Shown piece after piece: positions 1 through 12,100 of a DNA stretch of 64,000 bases. The notes below the pieces were generated by a model. It had not been told where the DNA came from. It searched no databases and was given only the letters and a program-made list of their open reading frames with translations. Position 1 is the first letter of the stretch. The number at the start of each line of letters is the position of its first letter. Origin of the DNA: Lama glama (taxonomy: Eukaryota); the NCBI GenBank assembly GCA_028534125.1, contig CM052832.1:12712001-12776000 (forward strand). Direction: 5' to 3'. The translations under genes and the position numbers were made by a program.

Positions 1-75
1 CACAGGACAAGGGCAGGCACTGGCCAAAAGAAGCAATGAGGAAGGAGGATTTGGGGGGAGAGACGATATGCTCAC

Positions 76-144
76 CTTATGGGATTCATGTCAGGCCGAC
101 TGGGCTTGGAAACAGCTTTCACGAATTTCTCAGCAAGCTGAATT
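76..144 (-). CDS. CMTR1: CMTR1 exon 20 (aa 679-702)
   Basis: ttacag|AATTCAG...[34 protein letters not shown]. Confidence 0.95.
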
Positions 145-3100
145 CTGTAATCCAAACAGGCTCTGAGAGGCAAGTAAGGGTACCTCTACCAGCACCCCAT
201 CCCCAGGGCACCAGTGGGAGTATACTCCTGAATCTGCAGCAAAACTGCTCCAACATGCAGCACTCATGTCCACCAGGAAGCCCACCCTGCCCTTCTCCAC
301 TGATGTCTTCATGGACGTCCTCACCCCCTCTCTGGATTCTGGCCTCTAATTTCACTATATCTTGGTTGGTTTTCCTTAAATGAAACTTGACCTGTGCTCG
401 GCCACCTCCACCAGAACTTCAAGTATCATCTTGATTGTGTGTGTCTGCTCCACCACCCCAAACCACAAACACCACAGCACACCCACTCAGATCAACCAAC
501 TTAGGAGTGACGTCAGCATCACAGCAGTGTAAGACGTTGCTCCTTTTTGTCCCCTCTTTTAAACTGATTAGGCATCATCCACAAGCAACAGTACCTCTGT
601 GAGTTGTGGGGTCCAGATGAACTGACTTAAGTGAGACCACCAAGCACAAAACAAGACCCTCCCTCTCCCCATAAGGCCACCCTCTTGGCTCAACCTTAAC
701 ACAAACATCACCTCTGATCTGAACAGCTGAGGCAAAGTGGAGTGGGCTGGTACCTATGAAATCAAGGTCCAAGCCCTGGTAAACTAAAGTGCCAACATCA
801 ATTTCTCACCCTGCCCTTGAAACCAGTTAGTGGGGAGGAGAGGGGAAACTAAGGATGTCCTTAAGCAGAGAAGGCCTTGGTGAGGGACCAAGCCATGGAG
901 GCTACTGCCATAGAGCTATCCTGGCCGACCCCACCCTCCCTCCCCCAGGGCCCAGGTCAGACCGCTGGTTAAAGTGCTGCTCCCGCACGTCACTGCCATT
1001 CAGCACGAGGACATCAAGGATGTGGATCGCACTAATCTTCCGCTGGGCCTTCCCCTAGAAGGATAAATACACTGCCCATCCTGCCAGGCATCAGCCTGGG
1101 GCCCCCTCTGCCCACCGTGGCAGGCAGACCACCATTCTGCCTCATCTAGGGGAAGTGAGGGCTCTAAACACAAAATATTTCTCTTGCTTGCCTCCTAGCT
1201 GATTCTCAGCACCAGACTGGCCCGTGATTCAGAGTGGACAGATCTGAGGTACTGGGTGATGAGTCCCCTAGAAACTCAAACCCAGCAAGGCTGCTGCCAT
1301 GGTGCTCCAGCAGGGCCTGGCTTCCTAGTCCAGCCAGCTGCTCCCACTGACTGTCCTGAAAGTTACCTGTATGGCTGTAACAGCCAAAACTCATGGGAAA
1401 TAATAAGTTGCTTCTTTCTAAGGGATCGTTGGTCAAAAACAGTCAGCAGCTGAAAATACCAGCAGGTCCATCAAGGCCTCTGATGCAGAGATGGTTAAGA
1501 CCTCCTACACATAAGGAGACTATGGTCCTTCCTACCCGAATAACCATGGCTTAGAGCAACTACCAGAGGAGAAGGAATAATCACAAAGCCGCCTCCCTGT
1601 CCTGGGCCCCATCAAGCACCACATACAATGTAATTCAATTAGTTCAGGGTGGCATGGTGTGGGGGGAGGGCCAGGCTCAGCCTGTGGCCCTGTTCCCTAG
1701 ATAGCAGGGCCATAACGTGAGAACCACCTCTGACCTCCCCTTTCAGCTCATGAACAATTTCCACAGAGAGCAGAGTGTCCCGGGGTAGCTCTGTCTTCAG
1801 GTCCAGCTTGACCCAGCGGTCTGACTGGCGACCATCCCACGTGTAGATCTGGGACTTCTATGGGCAGAGAGAAAGGGCCAGGTCAGGCAGGCATAGAGAT
1901 AGAGGGGTGAGAGGCTCAGTTCTCAAAAGGGCTATCAGTTGGTGGCTACAAGCCGATGGGGCCAGGAAGTGCCAAAAGGAAACGTCAGGGAGAGATTAGT
2001 CAGGTATACTTCAGTGATAATGAATAGTGTCTTCCACTGCCTCTGACTCGGTCCTCATGGGTGGGTACAGGCCCAGGGCACCATTCAAGAGGCCTGAGTC
2101 CATGATTAGAGGCCCTCAAGAAAGATCCAGCTTGGTGAATTTCTGAAGTGGGTTTGGTCAAGGGTCCAGAGAACAGAGCAGAGAAAGTAAAAAGAGGAAA
2201 AGAGGAAATGTGAGAGCACACAGAGAAAGTGAGGAAGAAGAGAGAATACTATACAGAAAGACAAGGCAGAGTGGAAAGAAAGAGCAATGAGGACTTTACC
2301 CAATTAAGGCATAGAACCCCCAAGGCTTTCCCTCATCTCACTTTAGACTCTACAGCACCAGAGTAAGGATAGGTGGTATCTCTGCAAGACAGGATGACAT
2401 GAGGTGGTAGTGGTGTTGCAAAGAAATGGCTGCACGGGCTCAGGCCAGCTTGGCCTGCTGACCACTCTGCTAGTCTAGGAAGCCCCACATCACAAGAAAA
2501 AGGCAGTGTTCCCTTGAGCAATGCACAGAGATGAATAAATGAAAGAATGAATGAATGACGCTTGGCTATGTTAGAGGAAGAAAGGAAATGAAGTTTCAAG
2601 AAATACCCTCCCTGGAGTCACAACTCATTGTGCCAAGAGAATATGCACTGACTGTGGCCAGCAGTTGTCCAGATACCCACAGACAGAGAGCAAGGTTCCA
2701 TCACCCCAAGCTGGGTAGGAAGCCAGCTGCAGACTTACCCCCAGGCCGATGAGGAACTTCTGCTCACTGCCAGATACCATGCAGCGGTAGTCGAGCACTG
2801 GGCGGATCTTCTCCAGGGTTTTGGAAGTAAGCAGTGTGGGCTTATAGCTGAAGATGTCAATCTCAGTGCCCTGCAGCCCCAGGTCAGAGAAAACACAGCT
2901 GGGTTGGGGGAAGGGACAGGCGCTCAGTACAGGTGCCTGTGTAGGGGGCTGGGAGAGATGAGGGACAGGAAGTACTTGCTCTCTGAAACATGCCCCCTGC
3001 GCTACCTAACCACGCACTAACTGGGATCTAATTCTGTCTGCTTGGAGTGTTCCTTTAGGACCTATCAGGAGAGGCTGGGAAAGGAAAGAACACCGAGTCC

Positions 3101-6100
3101 CCAAATACAGATCGATTTACCAGAGCTATAAGGAAATGTCACCAGAATATAAAAGCCTCCCCGCTTCCCCTTGAATAAAACCGAAGGCAAAGACTCCCAA
3201 GCAGTTGGTTTGAGAGCAGTTACGTGGTATCTTCACCCCGTTCAGAAAAATTTACACGTGCTATTCTTTTGAGGCCATCATTCTGCAGTTCCTGACCCCA
3301 CAAAATCAGCACAATGGCCCATGATCTGGGCCAGATTTAAATGAAGCCCAGGGAAAAGTCAGGTGGTAGGAAAACAGAGGCAGAAGAATTCTGAGGACCG
3401 CTCACCAGAAATAGAACAGGGAGCCTAGGTTTAGGCAAGCTCCGTGGTGGAGCTTCCCCTGGGCAGCCCCTCCTGGCCCTCTGACCAGCTCCCCTGTCCA
3501 AGATCATCCCATACTTCTTCTCTCCCCTGCAGGTACATCTCACAGATTCCTGAACTTGCCAGGCAGTGATAGCCACCACCATCCTTTAGGTGGCAAGAAT
3601 GCTGAACACAACACATCTCAGGACAAGAATCGTCAGGCAGCCTGGTGGGCTCTCGGGGAACTCAACACTACACCAAAAGTTCCCACCTGTGGTGGTCTCA
3701 GCCCAGCCCCTCAGAGCCCAGGTGGTACTGACACAAGCCCCTCGGAGGTCAGGCTTCTGGGGGTCTCAGTAATACCACATCTAATTAGGCCTCTCTAACT
3801 TTTTATTTTCACCAGATACCAAACTTGCCTGGATTAGCTCGAAGAACTTAGATTTTGGGTCTGTGGAAGAAGGAGCAACTCGAGCCTGGTCTGGGATCTG
3901 AAACAAGATAGCAAAGAGCTTTGGTTTTCAAATGCACTTTGACCAAGGCTGTGTGTGAGTCTATGTAGGCGAGGGGGAGGACTCAGACTGGGGAAGAGAA
4001 AGTGGCGTGCAACAAAGGAAGATGGAAAGAGGGGGATGGAGGTGGCTAACTGAGTCACTGCTCCCTTTCAGGCCCTGTGGTAGCACACCCCAAAGTCCAC
4101 TTCCCTTTCTCTGGGGCTCTCTGTGGTCACTTGCTACACAGGGCCACCAGCAGAAAAATGAGGCCTGTTCACTCACCACCCTTGTCCTTTCTGACCCAGC
4201 TGCAGGGCTAACCTGGCAGTGAAAAGAACCAGGGAGGTAACTTCCAACAATGCTGAGCCATCCTGCCCTGGAACGCTGTGAGGGTAGGCAGACATTTTCA
4301 TGTGTGTAGGGGGGACCCTAAGGTGACAGGGCTGGGATTCGATCCCATTCTTCTGTAAAGCCTCCCTCTCCTGGAGCAACAGTGGACTGGAAAGACACTC
4401 ACCCCCCAAAGTCGGAGGCACTCTTTCCGGATCTCTGCCTGCCGAGGCTCACTCAGGGTCCTGGGAAAATGAAGCCAGTAAATGATTTAAGCCTCTAAGA
4501 GGTATGGAGCATGCCTCCTGTGCACCCTTCCGAACCCTAGAGAGAGAAGTCCATGTGAATGAACGGGCGCATGCGCACATGAGGCCACGTTGCCATTAGC
4601 ACAGGGTGCTTGTAACACTCACACGGCTCTGCTTCTTGGAGATGGGAGCTCAGATGTACAGAAAATGAGATGACCTCTTCGTCCCACCACAAAGGGAAGG
4701 GAGACTACCCTCCTGACCACCGTGGATTCCAGGGTCCCTGCACACCCTTCTTCCAGTTACCCATCAGCACATGCTGGTTCCCCTCTGCTGTCAGAGGCCA
4801 CATTAAGTCCATCTGGGTGGATGTCACTATGCCCCAGAAAGCTGAATAAGCTTATGCTCGCCCCCTCCCAGAGGTTTCCCTTGACCAGTCCTACCTCTCC
4901 TCTCTAGATCACTCTTCATGTCCCCTGAATATTCTGTTTTCTACTCAGGCTATGCCACCCTACATCCTCTGTAACTTAATAACTTTTTTCGTGTATCCTT
5001 TTCCTGGGTTACTCTTATCTGTCCAAAGACAAGGTAAGGTCTTTGAGGGCAAGGTTCATGCAACATGCTTCCCTGGCGTCCTGCACCGACTACAGCAAAG
5101 TATAAGATAAAAGAGTAGACATTTAAACAATGTTTGTAGAAATGAAATAAATAGCTCAGGCAGAGGAACAAAACAAAAAGATCTTCCCTTGAAATAGGTG
5201 AATTTTGGAAAGGGGCAACACTCACGTGTCTTGAACAAAGGCACGGATTTTGGCCAGAGCTTTGATCTGCAGGCTACAGTGGCTAGAAGAAAAAAAATAA
5301 TTTGATCTCAGGATTATCACAAGACAGCCAAAGACATGAGGACAGAGTTTAGCCAGAGCACTGGCCATCTATGTTTGGGAGGGGCTTGGAGAGTCAAGAG
5401 AATCCCCTTGACAACACCCTAAGGTACAGTTACGTGGGACGTGCTAAAGGCTGAGGGTAAAGCAGAAGAAAGAACTAAGTCAAACCCTCCAGACACTCAG
5501 ATCCCAAGTCCGGCTAAAGGAGGGTTCTGATCTCATCTTTAAAAATTTGAAAGCAGTTGTGAACCGATTCTACCTAACTAAAGCAACAATAGAGCCCAGA
5601 TCCAGTTCAACTACACACTAAACTGACTCACCTACACTAACGGCTGCCCTTTCCACTTTAGTCTCCACAACTCTTTTAGATACAATGTCTGGCTTTTTAT
5701 TTAAAAAGTGTAAGATGTGATAGAGGAAGAAAATGTGACCCACTGACAAGATGGGGAAACTGTTCAATAGAACAAGACTCAGAGGTGGTCCAAATGTTGG
5801 AATTATTAGACAAGACCTTTAAAATAATTGTGAAAAAGGTATATAACATGCATAAAAAGATAAAAAACTGTATTTTAAAAAAACAAATAAAAATTCTAGA
5901 AATGAAAAACATCAGCGATAAAGTTTTATTTATTTTATTTATTGAAGTATAGTTGATTTTTAATATTATATTGGTTTCAGCTATACAACAGTGATTTAAA
6001 ATTTTTATAGATTATACTCCATTTAAAGGTATTATAAAATACTGGCTATACATCCTTTTAGCTTATATATTTTATATATGGTAGTTTGTACCTCTTAATC

Positions 6101-9100
6101 CCCTACCCCTATTATCTTAGCACTCCCCTCTCCCCACTGGTAACCACATTTGTCCTCTAAATCTGTGAGTCCATTTCTATTTTGTTATATTCATTCATTT
6201 ATTTTTTAGATTCCGCATATAAGTGACAACATACAGTATTTGTCTTTGACTGATTTCACTAAGGTTCATCACTCCAGATCCATCCATATTGTTGCAATGG
6301 CAGGGTTTCATTCTTTTTTATGGCTGAGTAATATTCCGTTGTATATATGTACCACATATTCTTTATCCATTCAACTGCTGATAGATACTTAGGTTTCTTC
6401 CGTATCTTGGCTATTGCAGATAATGCTGCTATGAACATTGGGGTGCATGTATCTTTTCAAATTAGTATTTTTGTTTTTTTCAGTTATGTTCCTAGGAGTG
6501 GAAATGCTGGATCACATGGTAGTTCTATTTCCAGTTTTTCGAGGGACCTCCATACTGTTTTCCACAGTAGCTGCACCAATTTACATTCCCACCAGCAGTG
6601 TACTAGGGTTTCCTTTCCTCCACAACCTCACCAACACTTGCTACTTGTAGACTTTTTGATGATGGCCTTTCTGACAGGTATGAGGTCATTTCACTGAGGT
6701 TTTGATTTGCATTTCTCTGATGATTAGTGATGTTAAACATCTTTTTATATGCTTCTTGGCTGTGTATCTTCTTTGGATAAATGTCTATTCAAATCTTCTG
6801 CCCATTCTTCAATTGGGTTGCTTGTTTTTTTTTTGATATTGAGTTATATGAGCTGCTAGTATATTTTGGATATTAACCCTTTATCAGTCATATCACTTAC
6901 AAATATCTTCTCTTCTCCCATTCAGTAGGTTGTCTTTTCATCTTGTTGGATTCCTTTGCTGTGCAAAAGCTTTTAAGTTTAATTAAGTCCCATTTCTTTA
7001 CATTTGTTTTTGCTTCCTTTGCCTTAGAAGACTTAACCCCCCACCCAAATTTCTACAATTTATGTCAGAGTGTTCTGCCTAAGTTTTCTTCTAGTTTTAT
7101 GGTTTCCAGTCTTATATTTAGATCTTTAATCCATTTTGCATTTGTTTTTGTATATGGTGTGAGAAAATGTTCTAATTTCATTCATTTACATGTAGCTGAC
7201 CAGTTTTCCCAGCACCACTTACTGAAGAGACTGTCTTTTCTCCATTGTATATTCTTGCCTCCTTTGTCATAGATTAACTGACAAAAGATAAAGAGAAAAT
7301 CTTGAAAGCAGTCAGAGGAAAAAGGACACATGATATACAAAGAAACAATGATAAGAATAATGGCTGACTTCTCACCAGAAACAAGAGAGGTAGAGAACAG
7401 TGGAACAGTATCTTTAAAGTGCTGAAAGAAAAATACCTCAAATACTAAATCCAATTAAAATATCCTTCAAAAGAGAAATGAATAATTTTCAAAAGTCAAA
7501 AGCTAAAGGAATTACTCTCCAGCAGACTTGTACTTAAAAAGTAGGCAAAAAGAAATTCTTCAGGCCAAAGGGAAATGATTCCAAATAGAAACCTGGTTCT
7601 GCAGGAAGGAATGAAAACACCAGAATGGGTAAATATGTCAGTAAATATCAAGGACATTAAAAAAAATTAGATGTACATATATAGGGTGTGTATCTTTAAA
7701 TCTCTTGAAAAGACCATAGACTGTTTAAAATTTAAATTAAAAGAATTAGATGTACATATATGTGTGTATTTTTAAATCTCCTGAAAGGATTATAGACTGT
7801 TTAAAACTAAAATAACAGCAATGTAACATAAGGATTATATAAAACAAGAACACAAGGGCAGGAGTACTATAAACACATTTACTGTAGTAAGTTTCTTACA
7901 TTGTTCATAAAGCAGAATACTTTTCATGGTAAACTGTAATAAAGATGCTTTCTGTAAGCTCTAGAGCAACAACTTAAAACAACACAAAAGGAATAAAAAA
8001 GAAGAAGCCCAAGGAGATAAAAATACTGAATTTGCCACCCAAAAAAGGAAGGAAAGAAGGAAGGAACAGAAAAACAAAGACAGGAAAAACAGAAATCAAA
8101 CAACCAAGATAAAGTATTTAAATCCAAACGTATCAATACTTACATTCCATGTAAGTGTACTGAACACCCCAAATAAAAGGCAGAGACTATCACACTCGAC
8201 AAAAAGGTAAGAACCAACCATATGTTATTTACAAAGACAAAGACAGGTTGAAAATAAAAAGACATAAAAAGATAAGCCGTGCTGATGTGGCTACATTAAT
8301 ATCAAAGTAGACTGCAAGACAAAGAGTATTACTAGAGATAAAGAAGGCTATTTCATAATGACAAAAGATCAATTCATTAAGAAGACAAAACGGGGAGGGT
8401 GTAGCTCAGTGGCAGAGTGTATGCTTAGCATGCGTGAGGTCCTGGGATCAATCCCTAGTACCTCTGTTAAAATAAAACTAACAAATAAATTAAATAAACC
8501 TACTTACCCCCCCCCAAATTTTTTTTTAAAAAAAGACAAAACAATCTTAAATGTGCATGTGTCTAATAACAAAAATCCTAAATATATGAAGTAAAAATTA
8601 ATAAAATTGAAGAAACAGACAAATCAACAATCATAGTTGAAGACTTTAACAGCCCTCTTTTAGTGACAGACAGAATAAGAAGTAAAAAAATATCATCTAA
8701 GATATAGACAATTTGAAAAACACTATGAACCAACTTGACCAAGTTAACATTTATAGAACATTACAGTCAACAGCCACAGTTGGAATACTTGCCAAGACAG
8801 ATCATATGTTGGGGTCATAAAAAAAACTCAATAAATTTCAAAGGATCAAAATCATACAGAGTATATTCTGAGTACAGGGGGACTAAATCTAATAGTTATC
8901 TTGAAAATCCCAAACTATCTAGATATTAAAAACCACAATCTACATAATCCATGAATCAAAGGACAAATCATAAGGAAAACTTTCAAAAATATTTCGAACC
9001 AAATAATAATAAAAAGATAACATAACAAAATGTGGGAGATTCAACTAAAGCAGTCCTTAAAGAAAAATATATAGCATTTAAATATATATGAATACATATT

Positions 9101-12100
9101 TATTGATTTAAATGCTATAAATAAATAAATGAAATTAAATAAATAAAAGCAAATTACTATGTCCTTTATTCTCCTTACTTTGGATTTGCTCTTCTTTTCT
9201 AGCTTCTTTGATTTTAGACCCTTTCTTCTTTATATGTATTAAATAAATATAAAGAAAAGGCCTTACATATATATGTTAAAGAGAGATTAATAAAGGAAAA
9301 TTTATAGTATTTAAATAGAGATATTTTAAACCAGACAAAAACTTCAAAAGAATACAAATGTAGAGATTAATACCCCTCACGAACACAGACACAAAACTTC
9401 CTAATAAAATATTAGTAAATCAAATTTAGGAATATATAAGAGTGATACTCATGACCAACTGGAGTTTATCAAAAAATGCAAGATTTGTTTACCATCTGAA
9501 AATTATTCAATGTACTGTATTAAAGGAATAAAGAAGAAAAATAATATAATAATTTCCATAGGTGCAGAAAAAGTACTTGACAAAATTAAACATCCATTTA
9601 TAATAAAAACTCCCAGCAAACTAGGAACAGAAGAAAACTCTTGTCAATCTGATAAAGGGTATCTACAAAAAACCTGCCTCCAGTTAACATCATATTTAAT
9701 GGTCAAACACTTTATATGTAAAATCAAGAACAAGGCAAAGATGTCTGCTTTCATTACTTCAATTCAGCATCATACTGGAGGAACCAGTCAGTGCAATCAA
9801 GCAAGAAAAAAACCGAACTACTTTTTTTGATCCATATGATCCACCAATTCTACCTCTGGGTATTTATCCAAAAGAACTGAAATTAGGATCTCAAAAAGAT
9901 ATGAGCACCCCTATATTCACTGCAGCACTATCCACAATAACCAAGATTTGGAAACAACCTAAATGTCCATTGACAGATGAATGGATAAAGAAAATGTAGT
10001 ATATACATACAAAGGAATATTATTCAGACTTTAAAAAAAAGAAATTCTGGAATATGCAACAAGAATGAACTTTGAGGACACCATGCTAAAATAACCCAGT
10101 AACAAAAAGACAAATACTGCATCGCATTATACAAAGTAACTAAAATAGTGAAACTCATAGAATCAAAGCATGAATGATGGTTGCTAAGGGCTGGAGGGAG
10201 GGGAACATGTGGGAGTTACTTAAATCAATGAGCATAACATTTCACTTAAGCAAGATGAATTAAGTTCTAGAGATCTGCTGTACAGCGTAGTAACTATAGT
10301 CAACAATACTATATTGTACACTTAAAATTTTGTTAAGAGGGTCTGTCTCATGTTAAGAACTCCTACCACACATGCACACACACAAAAAAATACAGTTGAC
10401 CCTTGAACAACACCAGTTTGAACTGTGCAGATCCACTTACATGTAGAGTTATTCAATAAATACATACAGTAATACACAATCCATGGGTGGTTGAATCTAC
10501 GGATGCAGAACCATGGATACAGAGGGCCAATTATGGGATGTGAGCATCCATGGATTTTGGTATCTGTGGCGGGTTCTGAAACAAATACCCCATGGATACT
10601 GAGAGATGACTGTAATTTTTAAAAGGCATACAAATTAGAGAGGAAAGCATAAAATCGTTTATTTGCAGAAAATACAATGGTTTTATATGTAAAAAATCTT
10701 AAAGGAATCTACCAAACTACTAGAACTAATAAGTAAATTAAGCTTTCACACAAAATACATCATCAGTATACATAAATCAATTGTATTTCCATATACTAGC
10801 AATGAACAATTAAAAAAGGAAAATTTTAAAATACCATTTACAACAGCATCCAGACCCATAAAATTCTCAGAAATAAATTTAACAAAAGATGTGAAAGACC
10901 TCTATACTGGAAAAGTATAAAACTGCCGAGAGACATTAAAAAGCCTAAATAAATGGACTTTTTTTGTTCATCGATGGGAAGATTTAATATCTTTAAGATG
11001 TCAATTCTCCTCAAACTGACCTATAAATGTAAACTCCACCAAAACTCCAGCAGGCCTACTGCAGAAATTAACAAGCTGATTCTAAAACTTATATAGAAGT
11101 ACAAAAAAACAAACAACCCCCCCCAAAACCCCTAGACTAGCCAATATAGTCTTGAAAAAGAAGAACAAAGATGGAGAACATACACTATCTGATCTCAAGA
11201 TAACTTTTTTTAAGGTATACTCATCAAGAGAACATAAAAAAGGATAGACAAACAGATTAATGGAACAGAACAGAGTGCCCTGGATAAATACCACACATAC
11301 ACAGTCAAATAATTTTCAACAAGGGTGCCAAAGCAATTAAATGGAAAAGTATTTTCAACAAATGGTGCTAGAAAAACTGGGTATCTATAAGGGAGAAAAG
11401 AACTTCGACCACTGTATCACACCACACACAACAATTAATTTCAGGTGGACTACTGACCTAAACCTATAAGCTAAAACTATAAAGCTTCTAGATGAAAACA
11501 GGAGAATATTTTCATGACTTTAGTATAAATGAAGATTTTTTTTTAGAAAGGAAATAAAAATCAACAAAAAGAAAAAATTGATAAACTGGATTTCAGCATC
11601 AAAATTTAAAACTTCTAGGCAATCAAATTGAAAAGGAAGAAATAAAATCATCTCAGTTCATAGATGACATGATTTTTTATGAAAAACCCTGAAGATTTCA
11701 CAAAAAAAGCTGTTATAACTAAGAATCAAATTCAGCCAACTTGCAAGACACAAAATCAATAGGCAAAAATCGGTCACATTCTATACACTAGCAATGAACA
11801 ATCTGAAAATGAAATTAACAATTCCATCTACAATAGCATCACAAAGAACAAAATACTAAGGAATAAATTAAATCAAGTAAGTGAAAGACTTGTACACCGA
11901 AAGCTACAAAACACTGCTGAAGGAAACAAAGAGAGGCATTAAATAAATGGAAGGATATTCTGTGTTCATGGTTTAGAAGACTTAATATTGTTAACGTGAC
12001 AATACTACCCAAATCTATCTACAGATTCAAAGCAAATGCTATCAAAATCCCAATGGCAGTTTTTTTCAGAAATAGAGAAACCCATCCTAAAATTTATATG

